A DNA stretch of 64,000 nucleotides from an uncultured Eubacteriales bacterium (GCA_964638835.1 CAZWZB010000004.1:65407-129406); one strand, 5' to 3'. Positions 43,514 to 55,076 are shown, numbered from the stretch's first letter. The notes: generated by a model not told the origin, from the sequence alone. Numbers and translations: made by a program.

Positions 43514-45049
43514 CTATGTATATATTTTATGCAATAAAACAATAGCAACAAATAAACAAATTATAGATACACCTAGAGTTAATATTAAATTTGCTGTAAT
43601 TCCAGCTACAATATAACCAATACAACAACAAACAGCAACAACAATTGTATATGGAATTTGACTAGATACATGGTCAATATGATTACAGTTAGCTCCTGTA
43701 GATGATAAAATCGTAGTATCTGATATAGGTGAGCAATGGTCACCAAATATTGAACCTGCTAATGTTGCAGATAATCCTATAATTGTAAGTTGTGGAGCAA
43801 TAGTTTCACATACAACAGCTATAATCGGAATCAAAATACCAAAGGTACCCCATGATGTACCCATTGAAAATGATAAAAATCCAGCTACAACAAATGCAAT
43901 AAAAGGAATAAGAGAAACTGGCATATTAGAATTTTGTACTAATCCACCAACATATTCACCCGTAGAAAGTAAATCTCTACATACACCACTTATAGTCCAA
44001 GCAAGTATTAAAATAATATAAGCTGAAACCATTGACTTAACTCCAATACTTATACTACCCATAAATTCATCAAAAGAAATAATTTTGCGAGGAACAAATA
44101 TAAAAAATGCAAATATTAAAGCTATAAAACCAGAAAGTGCTAAAGCAACCCCAGCATCTGTATTACCAAAGCCTTCAGCAATAGTCATATCACCTTCAAA
44201 ATATCCTCCAATATAAAGCATAGATAAAATTGAAGCTACAATAAGTACAATAATAGGTATTATTAAATCATATACTTTTCCTTTAGATGAAATTTTCATT
44301 TTTGCAAGTTCATCTTGTGCATGAGTATCTAAACTAGAGTTTGAATTAAGAATACCGTTATTAATGGCGTTATTTTCAAATTTAGCCATTGGCCCAAATT
44401 CTAATTTTGAAACACAAAGTACAACTACCATTATAAGAGTTAAAATTGCATATAAATTATATGGTATTGTTTGAATAAAAGCAGACATTCCATCGAGACC
44501 AGTACCACTCATTTGAGAAATAACAGAAGCAGCCCATGAAGATATGGGAGCGATTATACATATAGGTGCTGCAGTTGCATCTATAATATAAGCTAATTTT
44601 GCATGAGAAATTTTATATTTATCTGTAACTGGTCGCATTACTGTACCAACTGTTAAACAATTAAAATAATCATCGATGAATATAACTGTTCCAAGTACTG
44701 CTGTTGCAAGTTGAGCACCAATACGTGTTTTAATTTTACTAGAAGCCCAATCACCATAAGCTTTTGAACCGCCTGCTTTTGTAATAACCGTTACTAATGC
44801 TCCAAGTAAACCTAAAAACAATAAAATAGAAGCATTATCTGCCATTTTAGAAATCATAAGTGATACTGTAACATCTGTTGTTTTAGTTATAATGCTAATA
44901 ATACCACTTGTAGTATGTAATGCATAAATAAATGTACCTGAAAGAATTCCAATTATTAAAGATGAAATAACTTCTTTAGTAATTAAGGCTAAAGCAATAG
45001 CTATAATTGGTGGAATTATCGACCAAAAATCTACATTAATAGCATCCAT
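43514..45049 (-). CDS. NhaC-family transporter (Na+/H+ antiporter-like, possible amino-acid transporter)
   Basis: FIDDYFNCL, KLAYIIDATAAP, GTSWGTFGI, GDHCSPISDTTILSS. Confidence 0.9.
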   Translation of the reverse strand: MDAINVDFWSIIPPIIAIALALITKEVISSLIIGILSGTFIYALHTTSGIISIITKTTDVTVSLMISKMADNASILLFLGLLGALVTVITKAGGSKAYGDWASSKIKTRIGAQLATAVLGTVIFIDDYFNCLTVGTVMRPVTDKYKISHAKLAYIIDATAAPICIIAPISSWAASVISQMSGTGLDGMSAFIQTIPYNLYAILTLIMVVVLCVSKLEFGPMAKFENNAINNGILNSNSSLDTHAQDELAKMKISSKGKVYDLIIPIIVLIVASILSMLYIGGYFEGDMTIAEGFGNTDAGVALALSGFIALIFAFFIFVPRKIISFDEFMGSISIGVKSMVSAYIILILAWTISGVCRDLLSTGEYVGGLVQNSNMPVSLIPFIAFVVAGFLSFSMGTSWGTFGILIPIIAVVCETIAPQLTIIGLSATLAGSIFGDHCSPISDTTILSSTGANCNHIDHVSSQIPYTIVVAVCCCIGYIVAGITANLILTLGVSIICLFVAIVLLHKIYT

Positions 45050-45084
45050 TTATTTTCCTCCTTAATGTTTTTATTAAAAATAAA

Positions 45085-45108
45085 GGGGCGACCGCAGGTC
45101 GCCCCTAC
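45085..45108 (-). repeat. single GTAG REP
   Basis: GTAG-GGGCGACC-TGC-GGTCGCCC on the minus strand. Confidence 0.8.
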
Positions 45109-45132
45109 TAATTATGAGAATATTTATTATCA

Positions 45133-45219
45133 CTATCTAAACATAAACAAAAAAAATTTAATCAAAACTAAAATAATAGCTATAACTGGTGAAGCCATTG
45201 ATAAAGAATCAACCATCAT
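45133..45219 (-). CDS. 28-aa hydrophobic small ORF resembling the NhaC N-terminus
   Basis: TTAAGGAGG RBS; MMVDSLSMASPVIAIILVLIKFFLFMFR vs NhaC MDAINVDFWSIIPPIIAIALALITK. Confidence 0.5.
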   Translation of the reverse strand: MMVDSLSMASPVIAIILVLIKFFLFMFR

Positions 45220-45250
45220 AATTTTATCCTCCTTAATATTTTCTTTCTAC

Positions 45251-46321
45251 TTATTCATTTGAACTACTTAATTTTTCAGCTTGGTCTGTAGTTATAAGAG
45301 TATCCATTATTTCATCAATATCACCATCTAAAACTGATTCTAAACGATGAATTGTAAGTCCTACTCTATGGTCTGTAACACGACCTTGTGGGAAATTATA
45401 AGTACGTATACGTTCATTTCTATTACCTGTACCCACTTGACTTTTTCTTTCTGCAGATACTTCTGAATGTTGTTTTTCCAATTCTAATTCATATAATTTT
45501 GCTCTAAGTACTTTTAAAGCTTTTTCTTTATTTTTAAGCTGTGATTTTTCATCTTGGCATGAAACAACTATTCCTGTAGGATTGTGAGTTATACGTACAG
45601 CAGAGTCTGTAGTATTAACACATTGTCCACCATTTCCAGATGAACGGAAAACGTCTATTCTTATATCATTCATATTCAATTCAACATCTACTTCTTCAGC
45701 TTCTGGTAGTACTACTACTGTAACTGTAGAAGTATGTATACGCCCTCCTGATTCTGTGGAAGGTATTCTTTGAACTCTATGAACACCGCTTTCATATTTT
45801 AAACGAGAGTATGCCCCTTGTCCTTGTATCATAAAAGCAACTTCTTTAAATCCACCAAGGTCACTATCATTACTATTCATCATTTCTACTTTCCATCTTC
45901 TTCTTTCAGCATATCTTGAATACATTCTAAATAAATCACCTGCAAAAAGTGCCGCTTCATCTCCGCCAGCACCACCACGTATTTCCATAATAACATTTTT
46001 TTCATCATTAGGGTCTTTAGGCAAAAGTAATATCTTTAATTCATTTTGTATAGCTTCAAGAGTTTCTCTTGCTTCTGATAATTCTTCTTTTGCCATTTGT
46101 TTTAATTCATCATCGTTACTTTCTTCTAATATCATTTTAGCTTCTTCTATTGTTTCTTCCGTTTTCTTTAATTCTCTGTACTTTTCAACAATAGGGGTTA
46201 TATCACTATTTTCTTTCATTAATTTACGAAATTCATTTTGGTCACTTATTATTTGTGGGTCACTTAGTTTTTTAGATAATTCTTCATATTTTATTTCCAT
46301 TTCTTCTAAACGTGTAAACAT
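45251..46321 (-). CDS. prfA: peptide chain release factor 1
   Basis: GAGGDEA, VQRIPST (PxT), [19 protein letters not shown]. Confidence 0.97.
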   Translation of the reverse strand: MFTRLEEMEIKYEELSKKLSDPQIISDQNEFRKLMKENSDITPIVEKYRELKKTEETIEEAKMILEESNDDELKQMAKEELSEARETLEAIQNELKILLLPKDPNDEKNVIMEIRGGAGGDEAALFAGDLFRMYSRYAERRRWKVEMMNSNDSDLGGFKEVAFMIQGQGAYSRLKYESGVHRVQRIPSTESGGRIHTSTVTVVVLPEAEEVDVELNMNDIRIDVFRSSGNGGQCVNTTDSAVRITHNPTGIVVSCQDEKSQLKNKEKALKVLRAKLYELELEKQHSEVSAERKSQVGTGNRNERIRTYNFPQGRVTDHRVGLTIHRLESVLDGDIDEIMDTLITTDQAEKLSSSNE

Positions 46322-46337
46322 TATTATTCTACCTTTC

Positions 46338-47192
46338 CTATTTATTTGCCATAATAACTCTATCAAGTCCACTTAAATCTTTTATTATATGTATATTAGT
46401 GAAACCTGAGTTTTCTAATATACATGATACATCTTTGGCTTGGTTATAGCCTATTTCATAAAAAATAAAACCTCCCGACTTTAAATATTTTTGAGATTGA
46501 ATTGTAATTTTTCTATAAAAATCTAAGCCATCAATACCACCATTAAGTGCTATATATGGCTCATAATCTTTTACTTCTTTCATAAGACTTTCTATGTCCT
46601 CTGTTGGTATATATGGAGGATTAGAAACTATAGCATCAAATTTATTAATAAATTTATCAGGCAAATTTGAAAATAAATCACTTTGAATAAAAGTAATTCT
46701 ATCTTCTACATTATTAATACAAGCATTATGTTCTGCTAATTCTAATGCCCTAAGGTTAATATCTATAGCCAAAGCTTTCATATCTTTTGAATAATGTAAT
46801 AAACTTATAGGAATACAACCAGTTCCAGTTCCAATATCCAATATATATTTTATATTTTTATCTACGTTCAATATTGTTTCAACTAATATTTCTGTATCTG
46901 CTCTTGGGATTAAAGTTTCTTCATTAACTAAAAAATCCAAAGACATAAATTCTTGTTTTCCCACTATATATTGTGTAGGAACCCCTTTTCCTCTTTTTTT
47001 TAAAAGTTCAATATATTTATTCTGTTCATCAGTAGTTACAATCACTTTATTTTTTAAAAATAAATCTATTTTTGAAAAATTTAACACATACATAAGTATA
47101 ACTTGAGCATCTATTGACGTTTCAATATTACATTGTTTTAAATATTGTTTACCATATAAAAGTAATTCTTCTACACTCTTATTCTGGTTCAT
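46338..47192 (-). CDS. prmC: release factor glutamine methyltransferase
   Basis: [22 protein letters not shown]; upstream of prfA. Confidence 0.95.
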   Translation of the reverse strand: MNQNKSVEELLLYGKQYLKQCNIETSIDAQVILMYVLNFSKIDLFLKNKVIVTTDEQNKYIELLKKRGKGVPTQYIVGKQEFMSLDFLVNEETLIPRADTEILVETILNVDKNIKYILDIGTGTGCIPISLLHYSKDMKALAIDINLRALELAEHNACINNVEDRITFIQSDLFSNLPDKFINKFDAIVSNPPYIPTEDIESLMKEVKDYEPYIALNGGIDGLDFYRKITIQSQKYLKSGGFIFYEIGYNQAKDVSCILENSGFTNIHIIKDLSGLDRVIMANK

Positions 47193-48087
47193 CTTCTAAA
47201 ACACCTTTCATTGCTGCTATTGCAACTTCAATCATGCTATCATCAGGTTCTTTTGTAGTAAATCTCTGCAAATATATTCCAGGTGCACTTATTATTTTAA
47301 TTAAGATTGAATCTGATTTGCCTGCTAATTTTATAAGTTCATAAGATATTCCGGCTATTAGTGGAAAAAGAACTATTCTACTTAATACACGTAAAAAAAC
47401 AGTTTCAACTCTTACAAACATAAATACTAACATACTAACAACCATAACTATAAGTAAAAAACTAGTTCCACAACGTTTGTGGAATCTTGAATGTTTTCGT
47501 ACATTTTCTACTGTTAATTCTTCTTCATGTTCAAAACAATTTATAGTTTTATGTTCTGCACCATGATATTGAAAAACTCTTTTTACATCATTCATTTGAC
47601 TTATAATCATTAAATAAATCAGAAAAATTAATATACGAACAATTCCTTCAATTATACCTAATGCCCAAGTTCCCGGCAATAAGTTGGCAAAAAAATTAGA
47701 AATAAATGTTGGAAGCACCATAAATAAACCTATTGACATCGCCAAAGCTATAACTACAGAGATACCTATTAAAATATCATTAAGCTTATCACCAAATTTT
47801 TTTTCAAGGAATTTGTCCATTTTTGAAGGTTCTTCTTCCTCTATTTCTAAAAACTCAGCTGAATATGTTATAGTTCTCATGCCTATTACAAGTGAATCTA
47901 TAAGTCCTACAGCACCACGTATAAGAGGAAGTTTTAAAAATTTAGGTCTGTTATTACTTAGTTTTTTCTTATCAACTACTATTTCTTTATCCGGTTTTCT
48001 TACTGCAACAGCATACATACTTTTGCCACGCATCATTACACCTTCAATTATTGCTTGCCCTCCAATATCAGTTCTTTTCACAATCAA
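47179..48087 (-). CDS. DUF1385 family membrane protein
   Basis: IGGQAIIEGVMM, YHGAEHK, HKRCGTSF, TTKEPD. Confidence 0.9.
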   Translation of the reverse strand: MIVKRTDIGGQAIIEGVMMRGKSMYAVAVRKPDKEIVVDKKKLSNNRPKFLKLPLIRGAVGLIDSLVIGMRTITYSAEFLEIEEEEPSKMDKFLEKKFGDKLNDILIGISVVIALAMSIGLFMVLPTFISNFFANLLPGTWALGIIEGIVRILIFLIYLMIISQMNDVKRVFQYHGAEHKTINCFEHEEELTVENVRKHSRFHKRCGTSFLLIVMVVSMLVFMFVRVETVFLRVLSRIVLFPLIAGISYELIKLAGKSDSILIKIISAPGIYLQRFTTKEPDDSMIEVAIAAMKGVLEDEPE

Positions 48088-48113
48088 ACCTCCCGCTTTT
48101 ATTTATCAATCTA

Positions 48114-48152
48114 AAAAAGGGTTGAGTAATTATACCCAAACCCTCAACTTTT
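48114..48152 (-). terminator. terminator-like hairpin between the rpmE/DUF6440 genes and the DUF1385 gene
   Basis: Minus strand agggtttgggta-taat-tactcaaccc-tttttt. Confidence 0.55.
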
Positions 48153-48176
48153 CGTTTAATTATATCTATACTAGTA

Positions 48177-48362
48177 CTATTTAGAAACATCTGTAACTAT
48201 TACATTACCACTTGCATCTAACAAAGGAGTAAAACCACCACTACCATTACTAGTGAAATGAAATATATAATTAACACCAGTTTCTTTATCAACCCAAATT
48301 TCCATAACTCTACTAAGTTGATTTTGAGAATAAGTTTTTACAAATCTGTTATTGCCATTCAT
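48177..48362 (-). CDS. small DUF6440-like protein
   Basis: RF....IWVDKETGVNY...GGFTPLLD..G; AAAGGTGG RBS. Confidence 0.7.
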   Translation of the reverse strand: MNGNNRFVKTYSQNQLSRVMEIWVDKETGVNYIFHFTSNGSGGFTPLLDASGNVIVTDVSK

Positions 48363-48467
48363 AATATAACCACCTTTGATTTAAGATAATTATATTCTAC
48401 AATACAAAATTTAGATAATCAATATAACTGGTTTAAATCATACATTAATATGCTTAAAATGTCATAA

Positions 48468-48668
48468 TTACATTTTATATTTTTTATTAAATTTTTCTAC
48501 ACGTCCACCTGCTTCAAGAAGCATTTTTTGACTACCAGTATAGAAAGGATGGCATTTTGAACAAACTTCAACAGAAATATTTTCTTTTGTTGAACCTGTC
48601 ACAAATTCATTACCGCAGTTACATTTTACTTTTGCTTGAAAATATTTTGGATGTAAATTTTCTTTCAT
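48468..48668 (-). CDS. rpmE: 50S ribosomal protein L31 (Zn-binding type)
   Basis: [24 protein letters not shown]. Confidence 0.97.
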   Translation of the reverse strand: MKENLHPKYFQAKVKCNCGNEFVTGSTKENISVEVCSKCHPFYTGSQKMLLEAGGRVEKFNKKYKM

Positions 48669-48747
48669 TTAAATTCACCTCTTTATAAATACAAAATTTG
48701 TTAATCCTTATAGTATAGTTACTTTTGCCCATACTAACAACGTTGAT

Positions 48748-48776
48748 ATTATATCACAGTTATTATACACTTGCAA
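48748..48776 (-). promoter_or_regulatory. sigma-A promoter of rpmE
   Basis: Minus strand TTGCAA-N17-TATAAT with an extended TG. Confidence 0.75.
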
Positions 48777-48855
48777 GAAATAGTTATTCTTAAGTATAAA
48801 AATATTTTTTAATTTTAAATTTTATTTTTTTATTATTATTTTGTTAATATCAATG

Positions 48856-49153
48856 AAAATTTGGGAGTGCTAATAAAATAATTGAAAAGTTATTTATTAT
48901 ATTGATTTATATTAAATAACTTTTCAATTTTTGTTAAGACTTCTCGAAGAAGTCTTTGTAAAATTAGGCATGTTCGTGGTCAATTTACCTTTATATTTAC
49001 TGAGTTTGGGCTTGTTTTGTAGGCCTTGAATTTTTGTTCTGACTTCTAAAAGAAGTCTTAACGAAATTTCAAAATTATTTTTATTCAAACCTAAATAAAT
49101 TTTATATTTCCATATCTAAATTTAAATTATTTATTTAGCACTTGCGAAAATTT
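48856..49153. mobile_element. family-B miniature element enclosing an inverted pair of GTTAAGACTTCT-NNN-AGAAGTC palindromes
   Basis: Left aaaatttgggagtgctaataaaataattg, right aattatttatttagcacttgcgaaaattt; palindromes at 48936-48956 and 49041-49057. Confidence 0.7.
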
Positions 49154-49292
49154 GATGTGGTGAATTATTTTAAATGAAAGTAAATTGGTAATGTTAAGTT
49201 TATATTACAATGCGGATTTTATATTGACATATTAATAATATCTGGTAGAATGAATATATAAATTAATTACACAAAGTTATCGAGGTTAAATT

Positions 49293-49940
49293 ATGATTAA
49301 GGCAGTAATATTTGATATGGATGGTGTACTTATAGATAGTCAACCTATTCATTATGAAGCAGACCGACTTACACTTTCTAAATTGGGTGTAACTGTAGCC
49401 CATAAAGATTTAGAAAAATATACTGGAACTTCTAATCCAAATAGGTTTGCAAAATTTAAAGAAGATTTCAAAATTATTCAATCAATATCAGATATAACAA
49501 AAATACAAGAAGATATAATTTTTGAACTGATATCCAAGCAAGAATTAACTGCTATATCAGGAATAATAGAATTATTGGAAGATTTAAAAATAAACAATAT
49601 AAAAATGGCAGTTGCATCTTCATCATCATACAGATTTATAAACACTATACTTGATAAATTAGATATAACAAAATACTTTACTGAAATAGTAAGTGGTGAA
49701 GATATGAAAAATAGTAAACCATCACCGGATATTTTTTTAAAAACAGCTGAAAAGTTAAATGTTGCCAATGAAGAATGTGTTGTAATTGAAGACTCTGAAA
49801 ATGGAGTGTTAGCAGCAATATCAGCAGGTATGAAATGTATTGGATATATAAATATTACTTCTGGTAACCAAAACTTAAGCAAAGCAACCGTAATAATAGA
49901 TGATTTTAAAAAAATAACTACAGATTTTGTAGTAAATTAA
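49293..49940 (+). CDS. HAD family phosphatase (beta-PGM/CbbY-like)
   Basis: IFDMDGVL, ASSS, KPSPD, VIEDSENG. Confidence 0.92.
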   Translation: MIKAVIFDMDGVLIDSQPIHYEADRLTLSKLGVTVAHKDLEKYTGTSNPNRFAKFKEDFKIIQSISDITKIQEDIIFELISKQELTAISGIIELLEDLKINNIKMAVASSSSYRFINTILDKLDITKYFTEIVSGEDMKNSKPSPDIFLKTAEKLNVANEECVVIEDSENGVLAAISAGMKCIGYINITSGNQNLSKATVIIDDFKKITTDFVVN

Positions 49941-49979
49941 CTTCAGTTTCCCTTTTTATTTTTAATATATTGTAACAAT

Positions 49980-50013
49980 TAAAAGCGTTCTCTATTTTTA
50001 GATAACGCTTTTT
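49980..50013. terminator. bidirectional terminator
   Basis: aaaagcgtt...aacgctttt between convergent genes. Confidence 0.6.
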
Positions 50014-50051
50014 AATTGTATAAAAACTATCAATTTATAATAAATAAATTT

Positions 50052-50537
50052 TTAAGTTTGTTCAATATATTCTTTTTCTTCAATATATTTTTTTAATGTA
50101 CTAAAATTTCCACTATAAATAATTTCAAGTAAATTATCTAAATATCTAAGAGCAGATTTTGCAGTTTCTATATTTATAAGATTATCGTCTAAAGCGTCTG
50201 CTACTTCTCCTAAATCTACAACTTTTATAGAACCATTTTCATATATTATAACATCAATTAATAAATCATTAAAAACATATGCATTTTCTTCTAAATGTTG
50301 TTCTGTTTCAATTATATCACAATACCAGTATACAACTTCATCTTTTGAATTGTACATTTTACTTACTTTAAAACCTTTATCAATAAAGTAACATGATAAC
50401 CCTCGCGATATATCATTTCTTGGTTTTATAGTATTCCATTTTGTAACAATAATATTGTCTTCACAATACAATATTTCATCATCTTTTAAATATACTGTTT
50501 CATAAGGTATAAACCTTTTACGAAATAATTTTAACAT
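50052..50537 (-). CDS. DUF402 family protein
   Basis: YWYCDI, DLLIDV, VVDLGEV. Confidence 0.8.
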   Translation of the reverse strand: MLKLFRKRFIPYETVYLKDDEILYCEDNIIVTKWNTIKPRNDISRGLSCYFIDKGFKVSKMYNSKDEVVYWYCDIIETEQHLEENAYVFNDLLIDVIIYENGSIKVVDLGEVADALDDNLINIETAKSALRYLDNLLEIIYSGNFSTLKKYIEEKEYIEQT

Positions 50538-50582
50538 TTTTTTCTTCCTTTCAAAATATACTCTTAGTTATACCTATGACTT

Positions 50583-51971
50583 TTAAAGTAATTCGTTCAA
50601 GTATTTTTCATTAGCTTTTATAAGGTCTAATATATATTCTTTAGATGGACCCCCATAAACATTACGAGCATCAACGCATTTTTCTATTTTTATTGCATCA
50701 TAAATACTTTCATCAAATACATTAGATATTTTTTTAAATTCTTCTAATTTTAAATCGTCCAAAGCTTTATTTTCTGTTAAACAATAAGCAACAAGTTTAC
50801 CAACAATAGAATGTGCATCTCTAAATGGAATTCCTTGTTTAACAAGCCAATCCGCAGCATCAGTTGCATTTGTAAACCCACTTTTTGTTGAATTATATAA
50901 ATTCTCTACATTTACATTCATAGTTTTTATCATAGCTGTAAATACAGGTAGGCACATGGTGACAGTGTCTACAGCATCAAAAATAGCTTCTTTATCTTCT
51001 TGCATATCCTTGTTATATGCCAAAGGTAAACTTTTCATAATGGTTAATAGTGTAATAAGACTGCCATATACACGTCCAGTTTTTCCACGAATAAGTTCTG
51101 CCATATCAGGATTCTTTTTCTGTGGCATTATAGAACTACCTGTACTATATGCATCATCAAGTTCTATAAATTTAAATTCGTTTGTACTCCAAAGAATTAT
51201 TTCTTCACAAAATCGACTTAAATGTAGCATTATAATTGATAAAATGCATGAAAGTTCTATACAAAAATCTCTATCCGAAACAGCATCTAAACTATTGGCA
51301 GTGATAGAATTAAATTCTAATTCATTAGCTACAAAATGACGGTCAAGATTATATGTAGTTGATGCTAATGCTCCTGAACCTAAAGGCATTACATCAGTTC
51401 TTTTGTAACAATCATTTAAACGCTCATAATCTCTTTTAAACATTTCAAAATATGCAAGTAAATGATGTGCTAAAGTAATAGGTTGGGCTTTCTGTAAATG
51501 AGTATATCCCGGCATGATAGTATTTGAATGTATTTTTGAAAGTTCTAATAAAACTAATTTTAAATCTTTTATTAAGGTTTTAATATTATTTATTTCATCT
51601 TTTAAATACATTCTTATATCTAATGCAACTTGGTCATTTCTGCTACGACCTGTATGTAATTTTTTACCGACGTCACCTATTCTATTTATTAAAATAGTTT
51701 CTATATTCATATGAATATCTTCGGATTTTTCTTCAAAGATTACTTTACCACTTTCTATATCTTCTAATATTTCCACTAATGTTTTTTGTATAAGTTCTGA
51801 ATCTTCTTGTGAAATTATGTTTTGTTTACCTAACATTTTTACATGAGCAATACTACCCTTTATATCTTGCTTGTACATTCTTTTGTCAAAAGAAATAGAA
51901 GAATGAAAGTGGTCTACCTGTGCAGTTGTAGATTTTTTAAATCTCCCACCCCATAACTTTTCTTCACTCAT
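50583..51971 (-). CDS. argH: argininosuccinate lyase
   Basis: [38 protein letters not shown]. Confidence 0.97.
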   Translation of the reverse strand: MSEEKLWGGRFKKSTTAQVDHFHSSISFDKRMYKQDIKGSIAHVKMLGKQNIISQEDSELIQKTLVEILEDIESGKVIFEEKSEDIHMNIETILINRIGDVGKKLHTGRSRNDQVALDIRMYLKDEINNIKTLIKDLKLVLLELSKIHSNTIMPGYTHLQKAQPITLAHHLLAYFEMFKRDYERLNDCYKRTDVMPLGSGALASTTYNLDRHFVANELEFNSITANSLDAVSDRDFCIELSCILSIIMLHLSRFCEEIILWSTNEFKFIELDDAYSTGSSIMPQKKNPDMAELIRGKTGRVYGSLITLLTIMKSLPLAYNKDMQEDKEAIFDAVDTVTMCLPVFTAMIKTMNVNVENLYNSTKSGFTNATDAADWLVKQGIPFRDAHSIVGKLVAYCLTENKALDDLKLEEFKKISNVFDESIYDAIKIEKCVDARNVYGGPSKEYILDLIKANEKYLNELL

Positions 51972-52320
51972 TAAATCAACTCCAATTAAATTTTATAGTA
52001 CATTATTTTTAAAACTATATTAACATAACTTATTTATTATTACAATATTTATATTTGTACTATTTTTGAAAAAAAATAGTATAAATAATAAAAAAATTTT
52101 CTTAATGTAAAGAAATATGGCTTATAATATAATAAATTTTGAGAGTATTATATAAAAATTACCAATATAATTGTAAAAGCTATTATTTTTATAATTAACG
52201 ATTTTTAATATGGTAATAAATTTATTAGAAAAAATGATGGTATATTAATTTCATTATTTATCTGATATATTATTAATAGCAAAGCAAAGTTGCAAATATA
52301 TCAAAAAGGTGGTAATACAT

Positions 52321-53361
52321 ATGAAAGAAACTGATAATCGATTAATAGAATGGGCAATAAATGAAACTTTACTACATTATAAAAATCAAGTATCAATTTT
52401 ATTAGAACATAATACTTACTGTTTGGAAAAAGACCGTAACATCAGATATATAAACACAATCATTTCTGATTCAAAAGAACGTATTGGTTTAGCAAGAACA
52501 TTTATTATTAATGGTGTTGGATATGACTTTAATCAAGTTTCTTGGGAAAGCTTTGAAAGAGATGCAGAAGTAAAAGGTTACTTTGTTACTGTACTTGCAG
52601 AGGCAAATATACTCTATAATAAGAATGAAGCTGACAAACAACGATTTTTATATTTGCGAGCAAAATTCAATGCAAACTTAGCAAATCCTGTTTATATGTA
52701 TGAAAGAGGATTAGAATGGATTAATAATGCTATGGAAATATATAATATTTTATTATTTGAAGACACTCTTTATAAAGTTAGAAAAGCTGCTGGATTTATT
52801 AGAGATTACCTAGCTGTAGCAGTTGCATATTTTAACCAAACTTATTTTAAAAGTTTCAACAGACTTGAAGATTTATATTCAATGAATCATATACCTGATA
52901 ATTTTATTGAACAATACAATCAAGTAAGCAACACCAAATCTACAGATGAAATAAAAACATTATGTCATAATATTATCAAAACAACAAGAGCTTTCTTTAT
53001 ATCAAACGACAAACGTATAAAAGATAGTAATAATACTCCACATTATCAATATTTAGCAGACTGGTATCAAGAATGTAGTTACTATTTCAAGAGAATTTAT
53101 CATTTTTGTGATGAAAATAAATCTGCTCTTGCATTTAGTGAAAGTTGTGGAATACAAACTGATTTGGAGGACATTGCAAAAGATTTTGCTATACCAGAAT
53201 TAGATATTCTAACTTATTTTGATGCTAATGATTTATCTTCTTATGCAAAGAAAGTAAAGTTAGCAGAAAATAATATAATTTCTGCTATAAAATCTAACAA
53301 TATTAAAATTGATATCTACTCTTCTGTTGATGAATTTATTTCAAAGAATTCCAGGGTGTGA
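52321..53361 (+). CDS. hypothetical protein (346 aa)
   Basis: AAGGTGG RBS, long ORF; no firm motif. Confidence 0.7.
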   Translation: MKETDNRLIEWAINETLLHYKNQVSILLEHNTYCLEKDRNIRYINTIISDSKERIGLARTFIINGVGYDFNQVSWESFERDAEVKGYFVTVLAEANILYNKNEADKQRFLYLRAKFNANLANPVYMYERGLEWINNAMEIYNILLFEDTLYKVRKAAGFIRDYLAVAVAYFNQTYFKSFNRLEDLYSMNHIPDNFIEQYNQVSNTKSTDEIKTLCHNIIKTTRAFFISNDKRIKDSNNTPHYQYLADWYQECSYYFKRIYHFCDENKSALAFSESCGIQTDLEDIAKDFAIPELDILTYFDANDLSSYAKKVKLAENNIISAIKSNNIKIDIYSSVDEFISKNSRV

Positions 53362-53366
53362 TTTAA

Positions 53367-53624
53367 GTGAAATATAGAAAAGCTAGTGATGTTTTACCAG
53401 ATGAATTGTTAAAAGAAGTACAAAAATATGTAAGTGGTGAAGCTTTATATTTCCCAAAATATAAAAACCGTAAACAATGGGGTGAAAGTACAGGTGCAAG
53501 AGATTATTATAAAAAAAGAAATAATGAAATTAGAAGTAAATATGCTGAGAAAATATCAATAGACACTCTTGCTGAACAATACAATCTCTCTATTGAATCG
53601 ATAAAAAAAATTATTTATACTTAG
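53367..53624 (+). CDS. CD3324/Mor-like small DNA-binding protein
   Basis: MKY.KA..VLP.ELL.EVQKYV.GE.LYFP, RN.EI, C-terminal HTH LAEQYNLS..SIKKII. Confidence 0.8.
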   Translation: MKYRKASDVLPDELLKEVQKYVSGEALYFPKYKNRKQWGESTGARDYYKKRNNEIRSKYAEKISIDTLAEQYNLSIESIKKIIYT

Positions 53625-53717
53625 CAAAGTTGAAAATTATAATCAATAAACTATTATAAACTTTATTGATTATATAAATAATAATTTATATAATTTTAAA
53701 TTAATATAAATATATGT

Positions 53718-53754
53718 TAAGTGTAGAAGTAACCAAAAGTTACTTCTACACTTA
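53718..53754 (+). terminator. 16-bp stem terminator
   Basis: taagtgtagaagtaac-caaaa-gttacttctacactta followed by T's. Confidence 0.75.
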
Positions 53755-54095
53755 TTTTTATAAATTTAAGCTTATAATTACAAAAAATTCGTAAAAAACT
53801 ATTATATCTTAAAATTTTAAGATATTAAAGATAAATTAAGACGATTTAGCAAAAAAAATTATTTAATTCTTGAATTTATATAAAAATAACTTTAAAATGT
53901 ATTTAAATACACAAAATTAAAATATTTATTTTATATCAATTTTTTCAATTTACAATACTATTTCTTGAATAATTATAATTAACAAGTTAAAAAGTTGTTC
54001 ATTATAAGAAAGAGCTACGTATAAATAAATCCCAAAGTTTTTAATTATGAATTACTAGTATTCTTAACTTTACATTTAAAGAATTTTATATTATA

Positions 54096-54998
54096 ATGGT
54101 AAATAATTACTTAAATATATATATTATACAAAATGTAAATTTAACATTTACACCGAAAATAATAACGTTAGGAGGAATGCTGAATTTTATGAATACTAAT
54201 ATAATTTTATGTACAACAAATGCTATATATATTTCTAAATTCAAAAACCAACAATATTTTATTATAAAAACCAATTTAGAATATTCATATGAAGTTATTA
54301 TTGCTAGTTGGATATGTAGTGAACTTTCATTTAAAAACACAAATATAAGTGTATATAATGATATATTTTTTGCTGTTACACAAGAAGAAGATAAGCTTAT
54401 TATAAGAAAAATAAATGTATATAAAAAGAAAATAGAATTAGAAAGAGTATATTCTATTATTGGAAATAAATTAGATATATCTAATGTGATATGTATAAAC
54501 GAAAATAATATTATAATTTTCTTAGAAGAAGTTAGTTCTTTTTCTTATGATGGATTTTTATTTAATTTATTGGAAAATAAAAATTATCATATAAAAGATA
54601 GAAGACTTATAGATACACATCAATATAATTTTGAAATATATAATATAAAGAAAGAATTTTATATTTGTTTTGGAGAAAAATATATGACTGATTGGGAAAA
54701 AGAAGAAATATATAGAGCGGTAAAAGCCAGAAAAATACTTGTTAATGATTGTTTTGAAAGCCTAAATATAATCAAAGTTAAAGATTTTATAAATGCTATT
54801 AAAATGAGTTTGGATATTATACCATTTACTATTATTGATACAAGAAGTACTAGGGGGTTGGTACGATACATATTTATGGACAATTTAAATATATATTATA
54901 GAATCAAAGATTTTGATGATAACATAGAAAAGATATATTCCATAAGCAAAATAAGACTTAAAAAGAAACTTATAAAGATTTATAATTACAATGCTTGA
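54096..54998 (+). CDS. hypothetical protein (true start probably 54177-54189)
   Basis: Long AT-rich ORF; GGAGG at about 54171. Confidence 0.6.
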   Translation: MVNNYLNIYIIQNVNLTFTPKIITLGGMLNFMNTNIILCTTNAIYISKFKNQQYFIIKTNLEYSYEVIIASWICSELSFKNTNISVYNDIFFAVTQEEDKLIIRKINVYKKKIELERVYSIIGNKLDISNVICINENNIIIFLEEVSSFSYDGFLFNLLENKNYHIKDRRLIDTHQYNFEIYNIKKEFYICFGEKYMTDWEKEEIYRAVKARKILVNDCFESLNIIKVKDFINAIKMSLDIIPFTIIDTRSTRGLVRYIFMDNLNIYYRIKDFDDNIEKIYSISKIRLKKKLIKIYNYNA

Positions 54999-55076
54999 AT
55001 AGTTTATTATAATTATATATAATTAATAAAGATAATTGTCTAAAATTATACTTATTAAAATTATGGTGGTGTCTTA

